Shown here: piece after piece, positions 21,318 through 29,619 of the stretch
Position numbering within the stretch: position 1 is the first letter of the stretch
Layout: every line of letters starts with the position of its first letter
Assembly: GCF_019464535.1 (NCBI RefSeq)
Contig: NZ_CP080507.1
Location: 3,900,001 to 3,932,000, forward strand
Reading direction: 5' to 3'
Source of the DNA: Horticoccus luteus
GTDB lineage: Bacteria > Verrucomicrobiota > Verrucomicrobiia > Opitutales > Opitutaceae
Length of the DNA: 32,000 nucleotides
Notes under the pieces: model-generated
What the model was told of the DNA's origin: nothing
What the model saw: only the letters and a program-made list of their open reading frames with translations
Databases searched by the model: none
Program-made: the position numbers and the translations under genes

Positions 21318-22358
21318 ATGAAGCAATCTTTCGACTTTTTCCACCTCGGGCGCGCGCTTTTCTTTCTGCTGCTCGCCGCTGTTCCGCTGCGCGCCGCGGA
21401 ATTGAAACTCGCCAACGGCGACCGCATCACCGGCACGCTGATCAGCCGCGACCGCGGTAAAATCCACTTCTATTCGCCTTTGCTCGGCGACCTCGTCGTC
21501 AGCGAAAAACAAGCGATGGTCGTGGCCGACGACGACAAAGCGGTGGAAGCGCTCGCCGGACTTCCGCCCATTCCCGCCAAACCCGCCGTGAGTTCCGCCA
21601 GCAGTCCCGAGGCCGCCCCGCCGACCGCCGACACCGTGCCCGCGGCCACGGAGACGACCTCTCCGAAATGGAAAGGCAAAATCGAATTCGGCTTCGCCAA
21701 TCAGCAGGGCCGCGCCAACGCCAACAACATCTCGTTGCGTGCCGATGCCGAACACACCGACGGCCCGGACAATCTTCGCCTCTCCGGACGTTACCTCTAC
21801 GGAAAGAGCGAAACGACGGTCACCTCCGACCGCCAGGACGCCAGCTTCCGGTGGCGGCACGAACTCTCCGAAACGATGTTCGGCCAGACCGTCTCCAGCT
21901 ACTCCTCCGACACCATCAAAGGCATCGACTACGACCTCGAGCAAAACGCCGGCATCGGTTACAAGTTCCTCCGCCGTCCCCGCCACACGGCCTCCGTCGG
22001 CGCGGGCGTGACGTTGCAATATCGCGCGGCGACCGATCTCGAACAGAGCCTCGCCTACCTCGGCGAGCTGTTTCAGGATTACACTTACAAAATCAATGGC
22101 CACTTCACGCTGTTGCAGGAAGCAGGCGCACTTTACGCCCCGGAGTCGCGTGGCATCGCCACCTATTCCGGCAACAAATTGATCTCCGAGACCGACACCC
22201 GCAGCTATAAACTGCACTTCAACACCACGTTGCAGGGCAAGTTCAACGAGCGGATCTCGCTCAACATCCGTTACGAATACGAATACGATTCGACGATCGC
22301 CGATCTCACCGCTCGCGCCGACCAGCGCATCACGAGCTCGATCGGCTACGCTTTTTAG
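21318..22358 (+). CDS. DUF481 (YdiY-like) outer-membrane beta-barrel protein
   Basis: Starting at ATG 21318 gives MKQSFDFFHLGRALFFLLLAAVPLRA/AELKLANGD, a signal peptide. The body shows alternating beta-strand patterns (KGKIEFGFANQQGRANANNISLRADAEH, LSGRYLYGKS, ISLNIRYEYEYDS). The protein ends in the OMP-type terminal IGYAF. An alternative start is GTG 21273, which has a GGAG 8 nt upstream and is the start used by the ORF track. Confidence 0.85.
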   Translation: MKQSFDFFHLGRALFFLLLAAVPLRAAELKLANGDRITGTLISRDRGKIHFYSPLLGDLVVSEKQAMVVADDDKAVEALAGLPPIPAKPAVSSASSPEAAPPTADTVPAATETTSPKWKGKIEFGFANQQGRANANNISLRADAEHTDGPDNLRLSGRYLYGKSETTVTSDRQDASFRWRHELSETMFGQTVSSYSSDTIKGIDYDLEQNAGIGYKFLRRPRHTASVGAGVTLQYRAATDLEQSLAYLGELFQDYTYKINGHFTLLQEAGALYAPESRGIATYSGNKLISETDTRSYKLHFNTTLQGKFNERISLNIRYEYEYDSTIADLTARADQRITSSIGYAF

Positions 22359-22424
22359 GTCATCCGCGCCGCGCGTTTTTCAGCCACCGCGCACGCCTCT
22401 CCCCCGCCGCCTCGACGGCCGCGC

Positions 22425-22901
22425 TTACTTCTTGGGCTTTTTCGCGCGCGGCTTCGCTGCCGTCGCACGCGGCTTGGCCGCGGTCGCCGCAGGCTTCGCG
22501 GTGGCTGCACGGCGCTTCGCAGCCGGCTTCGGCGGCGCGAGCAACTTCGCCACCGGCAACTCCGCCGCATCCTTCCACAACCGCTCAAGCCCGTAGTGCT
22601 CGCGCTGCGCCGGCAGGAAAATGTGCACCATCACATCGAAGAGATCGACGACGAGCCAGCCGCTCTCCTGCGCGGTGTCCATGCCGAGAATGTGGGTCTT
22701 CGCCGCATCCACCGCCTTTTCCAGCTCCACGCGCAAGGCTCGCAAGTGCGGTTCCGAGCCACCCGTGGCGATCACGAGATAATCGGTGATCGTCGAAAGC
22801 TCGCTGACATCGAGCACACGCAACGCCTCCGCTTTTTTCCCGTCGAGCGCGCGACAGCACAACGTTACGAGTTCGAGAGAGGAGGATTTCTTGGGTTTCA
22901 T
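22425..22901 (-). CDS. rsfS: Ribosome silencing factor RsfS (iojap-like) with a Lys/Ala/Pro-rich C-terminal tail
   Basis: LDGKKAEALRVLDVSELSTITDYLVIATGGSEPHLRALRVELEKAV...WLVVDLFDVMVHIFLPAQREHYGLERLW is the RsfS core. The gene lies 6 nt downstream of nadD, a conserved gene pair. The tail reads PPKPAAKRRAATAKPAATAAKPRATAAKPRAKKPKK. Confidence 0.9.
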   Translation of the reverse strand: MKPKKSSSLELVTLCCRALDGKKAEALRVLDVSELSTITDYLVIATGGSEPHLRALRVELEKAVDAAKTHILGMDTAQESGWLVVDLFDVMVHIFLPAQREHYGLERLWKDAAELPVAKLLAPPKPAAKRRAATAKPAATAAKPRATAAKPRAKKPKK

Positions 22902-22907
22902 TCCGCG

Positions 22908-23486
22908 TCAGCGATACAGACCGTGTTGCCGGATGTAGACAATCACCTTGTGCGGGACAAAGTAATCGAGCGAGAGATCGCGCTTCACGCGATCACGCAG
23001 CTCGGTGGAGCTGATCGACATGAGATGGCCGTCGCAGCGGTGCAACCGCAGGCCGAGAATGTCGGGCTGCGCACGAATCGGATGCCCCGGACGCTCCAGA
23101 AAGATGAATTGCACCAGCTTCGCCAGCTCCTCCACATCCTTCCACAAATGCATTTTCGGCAGTTGGTCGCCGCCGATGATCCAATAAAGCTCGTCGTCGG
23201 GAAACTGCTCCCGGAAATGGCGCACCGAATCGATAGTGTAACTCACGCCGCCCTTGCGCAGCTCGTAATCAAGGATCTCGAAACGCCCGTCCCACTCCAC
23301 GGCGGCGCGAAGCATCGCGAGCCGATCCTCCGACGACGATTGCACATCGGTCGGCTTCAAGGGCGCCTGCGCTGCCGGCACGAGAAACAGCCGATCCAGC
23401 TTGTATTGCTCGTAGGCATCTTGCGCTGCGCACAAATGCCCGAAATGCACGGGATCGAAACTGCCGCCGAGAAAACCAATTTTCAC
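22908..23486 (-). CDS. nadD: Nicotinate-nucleotide adenylyltransferase
   Basis: 192 aa with a GTG start (23484..23486). MKIGFLGGSFDPVHFGHL carries the (T/H)xGH nucleotidyltransferase motif. ISSTELR lies near the C-terminus. The gene is paired with rsfS. Confidence 0.9.
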   Translation of the reverse strand: MKIGFLGGSFDPVHFGHLCAAQDAYEQYKLDRLFLVPAAQAPLKPTDVQSSSEDRLAMLRAAVEWDGRFEILDYELRKGGVSYTIDSVRHFREQFPDDELYWIIGGDQLPKMHLWKDVEELAKLVQFIFLERPGHPIRAQPDILGLRLHRCDGHLMSISSTELRDRVKRDLSLDYFVPHKVIVYIRQHGLYR

Positions 23487-23706
23487 TCGCGCGGACCGTG
23501 GGCCGCCCTCTTTCCCTCAGCAAGTGCGATTTCCGAACCTCCGCCCGCCACGATCGCCCCCGTCCACTCAACTTCGGCCACGATCAACACCTTCTCGAGG
23601 CACGGACGCGACCGTCTCGGCGGCAACCACGGCGACCGCGCCCGCTCGGCGTGCGCGACGCTGGCATTGACGGCGCTGCGCCTCTGCCCCGAAAGTGCGC
23701 GCCTGC

Positions 23707-23792
23707 GCCCGGGTGATGGAATGGTAGACATTGGGGACTTAAAATCCCCTGCTCGTAAGAGCGTGCGGGTTCGAGTCCCGCCCCGGGCACCA
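23707..23792 (+). tRNA. tRNA-Leu (anticodon UAA), CCA encoded
   Basis: Folded by hand. The acceptor stem GCCCGGG pairs with CCCGGGC. The D stem is ATG/CAT with a GG-containing loop. The anticodon stem GGGGA/TCCCC carries the loop CTTAAAA (anticodon TAA). The long variable arm is GCTC-gtaa-GAGC (class II). The T stem GCGGG/CCCGC carries the loop TTCGAGT. The discriminator is A, followed by CCA. Confidence 0.95.
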
Positions 23793-23920
23793 ATGGCAGA
23801 GGTGCGCTTAGTGTTCCGGACGGAATCCGGACAAATGGGACCGCAGCAGCCCGAGCACGCCCACGGGTGTGATCCCCCGCAAATCGCCGCCGCCATCCCA
23901 CCCGCGCGCACGCCCCGCGA

Positions 23921-24400
23921 TCAACGCTTTCGTTTCGGAGGCGGGATTGCCCCCGGCAGGCTGAGCAACACGTCTTTCCGTCCTTCCAGGCAAAATTTCG
24001 CCAGTGCCGCGACGAGCTCGCGAAAATCATCCAAGTTGGACGGCTTCACCAAATATGAATCCGCTCCTCGCTGATAGGCCATCTCCACATCGATTTCCTG
24101 ACTCGACGACGTGAGCATCACCGCCGGCATGGTTTTCCACGGCTCGTGGGCGCGAATCCACTCCAACGTTTCGATCCCGCCGGCCAACGGCATCTTCACG
24201 TCGAGCAACGCGAGCGTTGGCCGGACGGTCTCCCCCCCGCCCTCGCCCGCCGCGTCGCGCAGAAACTCGATCGCTGCCTGCCCGTGCGGCACGAGTTTCA
24301 GCGTCCCGGGAAACTTCACCTTGTTGAAGGCTCGCTGCATCAGGAAGGCGTCATCTCCCGAGTCTTCCGCATACAGCACGAGAATCGGTTCGCTGCTCAT
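23921..24400 (-). CDS. Single-domain response regulator (CheY-like receiver)
   Basis: 159 aa. The ATG overlaps the kinase stop, forming ATGA. ILVLYAEDSGDD is the acidic pocket, ALLDVKMP contains the phospho-acceptor Asp, and VMLTSS and YLVKP are the conserved Thr/Ser and Lys positions. There is no output domain. Confidence 0.9.
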   Translation of the reverse strand: MSSEPILVLYAEDSGDDAFLMQRAFNKVKFPGTLKLVPHGQAAIEFLRDAAGEGGGETVRPTLALLDVKMPLAGGIETLEWIRAHEPWKTMPAVMLTSSSQEIDVEMAYQRGADSYLVKPSNLDDFRELVAALAKFCLEGRKDVLLSLPGAIPPPKRKR

Positions 24401-26451
24401 GCCGGCGTCGCCGCTGCCAGTTCGAAAGTAAACGTGCTTCCTCGCCCCACCTCCGACTCGACGTGGATCGCGCCCCCCATTCGCTCCACGGCCTTGCGCA
24501 CGATCGCCAGCCCGATTCCCGTGCCTTCGTAACCGGAAGCCAGACGCGAAAACACGCCGAAGATCGACTCATGCCCGCTCGCGGGAATTCCGATGCCGTT
24601 ATCCCGCACCGCCACAAACGCCCGACCGTTCTCCACCCGCCCCGAGATCACCACCTGCGGCCGCACGCCCGGCGCCACAAACTTCGTCGCGTTGCCGATC
24701 AAGTTCGACAGGCATTGCGTCAGTGCCGCGGCGTTCGCCATCACCGTCGGCAGATGCCCTTCGATCGCGATGTCCGCCTTCGCCTCGTGAAACGCCGGAT
24801 AACCCTCCAGCAGACTCGGCACAAACTCCTCCAACGCGATCGGTTCCAACGCCAGATCCGTGCGCGCGATCCGGCTGAACACCAGCACGTCCTGAATCAC
24901 GCGATCCATCCGCGCCGCCGCCGCTACGATCCGGCGGATGTAGTCCTGCCCGACATCGCTCAGCTCCGCGCCACAATCTTCCCGCAACGCCTGCGCGAAG
25001 CTCTGCATCACCCGCAACGGTCCGCGCAAATCGTGCGAAATCGAATAGGAAAACGCCTCCAGCTCGGTGACCGTTTCCCGCAACCGCGCCGTCCGCTCCG
25101 CCACGGTTTCCTCCAGCGCCGCTGCCTGCCGCTCCAACTCCGCCTTCGCCGCCTCCAAGTCGGTGATCGTCGCACGGATTTGGTTCTCCAGCTTCTTCCG
25201 CTCCGTCACGTCCAGCGCCATCCCTGGCAGGCTCACTGCCTCGCCGTTCCCATCGCGTTGCACCGAACCGCGCGCCACGAGCCAGCGCAGCCGGCCGTCC
25301 GTCCCTACCACGCGGTATTCCACCTCGTAGTTCTGCCCATCCTCCAGCGCCTGCGCAATTCGCGCGCTCACCCGCTCGCGGTCCTCCGGATGGATGGCGC
25401 TCACGTATCGCTCCATCGGGCCACCCCGCGCCTCTTCCTCCGAAATTCCAAAAAAACGCGCGAGAATGCGGTCCGCCACCACCACGTTTTTCTTCACATC
25501 GAAGGACCAGGTGCCGATCGCGCCCGCCGACAACGCCGCCTCCATCCGCGTTTGCACGTCCTGCAGTTCCCGCTCCATTCGCTTGCGCGCGGAGATCTCC
25601 CGCGTCGATCCCGCGACCGACATCACCGAGCCATCCGCCCCGAATACCGGGCTGAAGATGTATTCGTAATAGCCCTCCACCCCCGTGGGACTCAGAAACG
25701 GCGTTTCGTCGCGCACCTGCGTCTTCGTCACAAACACCGTCTCGATCTGCTTATGGAGGCGCGCCGCGAGCTCGTCCGGATGTTTCAGTTCGTAGAAATT
25801 CTTCCCGACCGCCTCTTCCCGCGGCAACCCCCACAAGTCCAGCAACGCCTTATTCATATACACAAACCGCCCCTCCCGATCAAAACTGTAGGCGAAATCG
25901 GCGATGGCCGAAAGAATCGTGTCGAATTCTTGCGCGCGCGCCTTTTCCAGGGCGATGCGCTTGGTTGTCTCGACCACCGTCGCAATGAAACCCGCCACCT
26001 CGCCGTTGTCGTGGTAGATCGGACTGTAGCTGCCCGAGAAATAAGCCGGCGCGCTCACGCCCCCGCGGTCCAGCATCAGCGCCATGTCTTCGATGAGCAC
26101 CGCCTCGCCGCGGTAGGCTTGCTCAAAAAGCGGGCGGAGTTCCTCCCACACTTCCGGGAAGATTTCCGGCGCCCGGCTGCCCAGCGAGCGCGGATGCTTG
26201 GCCCCCAGGATCTCACGGTAACGATCGTTATAGAGCATCCGATATTCCGGCCCCCAGATCACCGCCGTCGCCGCCCCTGCGCCCATCGTGAAATTGACGG
26301 CGAAGCGCAACGCCTCCGGCCAGGTCGCCAGCGGCCCAAACGCCGTCTTCGCCCAGTCGAGCGCCTCGATCTCCCGGCCCAGCGCACCCTTGGATTTTAA
26401 CCAATGAGCGGCGGGCCGCGGCGGCGTGGATTCGGAAGCCAGTGGCTGCAT
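24397..26451 (-). CDS. Soluble multi-PAS sensor histidine kinase
   Basis: The start is set at ATG 26449..26451 (MQPLASESTPP...). The longer track ORF (to 26685) would overlap the upstream gene and is Arg-rich junk. Several PAS-like modules are present, then a coiled coil. The kinase motifs are the H-box SISHDLRGPLR, the N-box LSNLIGNATKF and the G-boxes VRDNGIGI and GTGIGLAIV. No TM segment was seen. Confidence 0.9.
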   Translation of the reverse strand: MQPLASESTPPRPAAHWLKSKGALGREIEALDWAKTAFGPLATWPEALRFAVNFTMGAGAATAVIWGPEYRMLYNDRYREILGAKHPRSLGSRAPEIFPEVWEELRPLFEQAYRGEAVLIEDMALMLDRGGVSAPAYFSGSYSPIYHDNGEVAGFIATVVETTKRIALEKARAQEFDTILSAIADFAYSFDREGRFVYMNKALLDLWGLPREEAVGKNFYELKHPDELAARLHKQIETVFVTKTQVRDETPFLSPTGVEGYYEYIFSPVFGADGSVMSVAGSTREISARKRMERELQDVQTRMEAALSAGAIGTWSFDVKKNVVVADRILARFFGISEEEARGGPMERYVSAIHPEDRERVSARIAQALEDGQNYEVEYRVVGTDGRLRWLVARGSVQRDGNGEAVSLPGMALDVTERKKLENQIRATITDLEAAKAELERQAAALEETVAERTARLRETVTELEAFSYSISHDLRGPLRVMQSFAQALREDCGAELSDVGQDYIRRIVAAAARMDRVIQDVLVFSRIARTDLALEPIALEEFVPSLLEGYPAFHEAKADIAIEGHLPTVMANAAALTQCLSNLIGNATKFVAPGVRPQVVISGRVENGRAFVAVRDNGIGIPASGHESIFGVFSRLASGYEGTGIGLAIVRKAVERMGGAIHVESEVGRGSTFTFELAAATPA

Positions 26452-26533
26452 CTTTGATCGTTTTGGCCGGCCGCCGCGGCCGCTGCAAGTCCGCCGACCA
26501 ACGGCCGCCCTTATTCCCTCGCTGGCAGACCCC

Positions 26534-28693
26534 TTAGGGCCTGATGCCGCCGGCGCGCGCCGCCGCGTTGACTGCCGCCCGCATCGCTTCCACTTGCGCC
26601 GCCACCGCCGCGCCATCGCCGAGCTTTTGTGGATCCGCAAAACCCGCCAGCTCCGCCGCGACCGCCGCCGGCAATTTTCCTCCACCCCGCGCGCGTAGCA
26701 ACCGCAGCTTCTCTGCTTCCTCGATGCCGTCGCGCAACAGTTCCCAACGGATCGAGCTGCGCGGCCCCGGATACATCAAAAACGTATCGCCCGCCGGCAG
26801 GTAGCGGATGTGCGGATGCCCCCAGTAACTCGTGTCGCGCAACGGATTCTCCGGCCACGTCGTATACGCCCAGCGCAACAACCCATCGAAGCCGTTCGCC
26901 GCCGCGGAGTAACCCAGCCACACCGCTTCCGCCGGCGGACTCGTCACAAACGTGTTCGGCCGCGGCGGATCCAGGCAGATGTAAAACGTCGTCGTCCGCC
27001 CCGCCGCGCGGCGCGCCGCCAGGTCCCGCACCAGTTCGTCGTTCACGTGGTTGAGGATGATGCTGAAATCCGCCACCTCGAGGCCCGTGTAGTGCGAAGG
27101 CGCCTGGTTTCCCGCGAGCGCCACCCGCAACCGCGGCGCGTGCGTGCGCAACACGTCCATCATCGCTTTCATCATCGGAGCCGGAGCCTCGTCGACCGCG
27201 ATCCGCGTGCGTTCCAGCCAACCTTTCGCGGCGAGATGCTTCTCAAAGTCCGCCAGAAACGGACCCCAATAGTCCGCGTAGGCGGCCTCGCCCGGCTCCG
27301 TCGCCCACGCCCGCTCGTCGCCCGTCACCTCGTCCGTGTAGGCAAATTGTCCGCCCCACGTCAGCAGCGAGTAACAGTGAATCTGCTGCGTGATCCCGCA
27401 CGCCATCGCAAATTTCACATAGTGGTCAAACACCTCGTAATCGAAACGCCACGAACCGTCCGCTCGCCGGATGTGCTGCACCATCGTGCCGTAGTCATCG
27501 TAATCCCTCCGCCCCCACGGCCGCGGCGTGATCGTCGTCGTGATCACCTTTTGTCCCGCTTGGGCCAGCTCGACGAGATACGGACGCATCAACCGGAAGT
27601 GCGCCTCGCTCCACGGCGCCACATCGTGCCAGCGCGCGATCGCCCACGGATGTTGCCACACGTCCAGGTGAAACGCCCATGCGCGCGGCTCCGGCAACGT
27701 CGCCACCAGCACGTCCAGCTCCAGCGGAAACACGCGCGGCTCCGCGCCATCCGCCCGCACCGTCAATTCGCCCCGATAAACGCCCGGCGTCGCGTCGCGT
27801 GGCACCGCCACCGTCAGCCACCAGGCCCGCAGCGTGCCGGCCGGCAAATCCACCCGCTCCGCCGCATCGAGCACATCGCCCGCCGCTGCGCCATCCGCCA
27901 GCACCGGCCGCACGACGCGCACCCGCGCCGCCCGCGGGTCCAGCTTGGCGCCGCCCGCCGTCCGCAAGGCCGACACCTCCGCGCGCAACCCCCGCCGCTC
28001 CGGCGAGCTCCACACCACGAACTGTCCGTGCACCCGCTCGCCGCGCCAACCCGTCGCCCGCCACGCCGTCGGCGCCGCCGGCCCCGGCAGGGAGTTGCCG
28101 TCGTAACGCGTCCCCAAGTCGCCGACCGCGCCCGCGATACGCCCATCATCAGGTGCCGCATACGCGGCGATCTCATGCACCATCGCACCGTCGTCCGCCT
28201 TCGAGTTGCTCACGACGGTCAATCGCACCCATCGCACTTTCACCGGCTGCGGCAGCACAAAGCGAAAGCCCGCCGGCGTCGCCGGTTCCTGATTTTCGCG
28301 CCGGTCGACGAGCGTCGTCCACGTCGCGCCGTCGCTCGAACCTTCGATGAAAAACGTCTGCCGCCGCACTCCGCCGGCCAGCATCCACAAACGCAGCTCC
28401 GCGATCCGCCGGGCCTCCGGCATTTCCAACGCCACCCACGCCGGCAGTTTCTTCGCGCCCCAATGCAGCACCGCATCGTCGTGCTTTCCATCGACGACAT
28501 ACTCCGGCCGCTGCTCCGTGTCGTAACTCGACGCCGTGACCTTCGCGTCGCGCAACACATTGCCAAAATCCGCCCCCCGCACGCGCAACTCCACTGCCTC
28601 CGGCGTGAAGTGCCGCGCCCTCGGAAAGTCAGCCGCCCCCGCCGAAAGCGCCAGCAACCCTGCGCCCAGCCAGACGCCACGAATGGATTTCAC
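26534..28693 (-). CDS. Secreted F5/8 type C (discoidin/CBM32-like) domain protein fused to a DUF4091/GH123-like putative glycoside hydrolase domain
   Basis: The preferred start, GTG 28691..28693, gives (M)KSIRGVWLGAGLLALSAGAADF, a signal peptide; the track uses TTG at 28879. The N-terminal region ASSYDTEQRPEYVVDGKHDDAVLHWGAKKLPAWVALEMPEARRIAELRLWML...GSSDGATWTTL...VRWVRLTV fits the discoidin pattern. The central and C-terminal region (FHLDVWQHPWAIARWHDVAPWSEAHFRLMRPYLVELAQAGQKVITTTI...) resembles DUF4091-type proteins as I recall them. I could not verify the family assignment. Confidence 0.7.
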   Translation of the reverse strand: MKSIRGVWLGAGLLALSAGAADFPRARHFTPEAVELRVRGADFGNVLRDAKVTASSYDTEQRPEYVVDGKHDDAVLHWGAKKLPAWVALEMPEARRIAELRLWMLAGGVRRQTFFIEGSSDGATWTTLVDRRENQEPATPAGFRFVLPQPVKVRWVRLTVVSNSKADDGAMVHEIAAYAAPDDGRIAGAVGDLGTRYDGNSLPGPAAPTAWRATGWRGERVHGQFVVWSSPERRGLRAEVSALRTAGGAKLDPRAARVRVVRPVLADGAAAGDVLDAAERVDLPAGTLRAWWLTVAVPRDATPGVYRGELTVRADGAEPRVFPLELDVLVATLPEPRAWAFHLDVWQHPWAIARWHDVAPWSEAHFRLMRPYLVELAQAGQKVITTTITPRPWGRRDYDDYGTMVQHIRRADGSWRFDYEVFDHYVKFAMACGITQQIHCYSLLTWGGQFAYTDEVTGDERAWATEPGEAAYADYWGPFLADFEKHLAAKGWLERTRIAVDEAPAPMMKAMMDVLRTHAPRLRVALAGNQAPSHYTGLEVADFSIILNHVNDELVRDLAARRAAGRTTTFYICLDPPRPNTFVTSPPAEAVWLGYSAAANGFDGLLRWAYTTWPENPLRDTSYWGHPHIRYLPAGDTFLMYPGPRSSIRWELLRDGIEEAEKLRLLRARGGGKLPAAVAAELAGFADPQKLGDGAAVAAQVEAMRAAVNAAARAGGIRP

Positions 28694-28930
28694 GCCCCCG
28701 AGCGAAGCGCCCCGGCGCCCGCGCGCAACCGGGAAACCGCCTCCCTCCGCAATTCTCTGCCCTCCTCGCACCCCGCCGCCACGTCGCTGATCGCTCCGAT
28801 CGCCGCCACTCTGACTTTCTCTTTTTGCTTCGTGCGCTCCTCCCATCTCCCGTCCGACAGCCAATCGCCCCCGCGCCAACGCGTGAATGCTTTATCGAAA
28901 AGCCGCGGCGCCGCGCCCGCCACGCGTCCT

Positions 28931-29542
28931 TCACCGATCCGGTCTTTTCAGCGCGAATTGCTCCCGGGTGCGCGTATAACTCTCACCACCCAGCCGCCCG
29001 ATCAAATCGAGTTTTTCGGCGTCCGCTTTCCCATCGGTCCCGACCACCGCATCGGCCACATGCGCGAGAAGAATGCGGCCGAACACCACGTTCGCCGCCA
29101 GCGGCCCCTCGCCAATCGGCACGATCGAATGAAGCTCGCACTCGAAACTCACCGGTGCCTCCGCCACCCGCGGCGGCCGCACCTTTTGCGCCGGCAACGA
29201 TGCGATGCCAAACGCCCCGAATTCGCTCTCCCCGTAGGGCAGCAGCGCCGCCGTCGCGTTCATCGCCTCCGCTTGCGCAAAACTCACGAGGTTCACCACG
29301 AATTCGCGCGTCGCCTCGATGTTGCGCAACGTGTCCTTCTTCACCCCGTGGCGCGTGTTCACCGGCACGAACATCAACGTCGGCGGATTCGCCGTCACCC
29401 CTTGAAAAAAGCTGAACGGCGCGAGGTTCGTCCTCCCGTCCGGCGCCACCGTCGACACCCACGCGATCGGCCGCGGCAGAATGGTGCTGGTCATCCATGC
29501 ATACGCTTCGCGCGCCGGGAGAGAGGGGAGATCGATGATCAC
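28931..29542 (-). CDS. Flavin reductase family protein (FMN-binding split-barrel)
   Basis: 203 aa with a GTG start (29540..29542). ILPRPIAWVSTVAPDGRTNLAPFSFFQGVTANPPTLMFV and EFVVNLV are signature strings of the Flavin_Reduct domain. Confidence 0.85.
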   Translation of the reverse strand: MIIDLPSLPAREAYAWMTSTILPRPIAWVSTVAPDGRTNLAPFSFFQGVTANPPTLMFVPVNTRHGVKKDTLRNIEATREFVVNLVSFAQAEAMNATAALLPYGESEFGAFGIASLPAQKVRPPRVAEAPVSFECELHSIVPIGEGPLAANVVFGRILLAHVADAVVGTDGKADAEKLDLIGRLGGESYTRTREQFALKRPDR

Positions 29543-29619
29543 GAGAATAAGTCAACGCCCCGCAGTCACCGCGGCAAACACAGACCGATCGGGTGCGCGC
29601 GAGGCCGGTCGCGGCGTCT

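Noticed and set aside
21249-22217. 322-aa minus-strand ORF opposite the DUF481 gene
   Set aside because: It has no recognisable features. The plus-strand frame has a signal peptide, amphipathic beta strands and a terminal aromatic residue typical of an OMP.
22361-22380. Short GC hairpin followed by T5 after the DUF481 stop, considered as a terminator between convergent genes
   Set aside because: The stem is only about 4 bp (CGCG/CGCG) with a 3-nt loop, which is too weak to call.
23667-23696. Sigma-70-like promoter for the tRNA-Leu gene (TTGACG, 18 nt, GAAAGT)
   Set aside because: The -35 match is good but the -10 partner matches only about 3 of 6 positions. That is not enough to annotate it as a feature without transcription start data.
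23815-23831. Hairpin TCCGGA-cggaa-TCCGGA just downstream of the tRNA, considered as a terminator
   Set aside because: The stem is only 6 bp and has no U-tract on either strand. At most it is a processing or pausing structure.
23487-23920. tRNA-flanking genomic island or integration site
   Set aside because: There is no integrase or recombinase. I noticed no repeat of the tRNA 3' end elsewhere in the window. The flanking genes (nadD/rsfS and the two-component pair) look like core genome.
24463-26400. 645-aa plus-strand ORF opposite the histidine kinase
   Set aside because: The translation is Arg/His/Pro-rich. The minus strand carries unmistakable H-, N- and G-box kinase motifs.
26452-26685. 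N-terminal extension of the histidine kinase ORF; likewise 30805..31041 for hmgA
   Set aside because: Both extensions are Arg-rich and overlap the 3' end of the upstream gene. Internal ATGs (26451 and 30804) give native-looking N-termini and sensible intergenic gaps.
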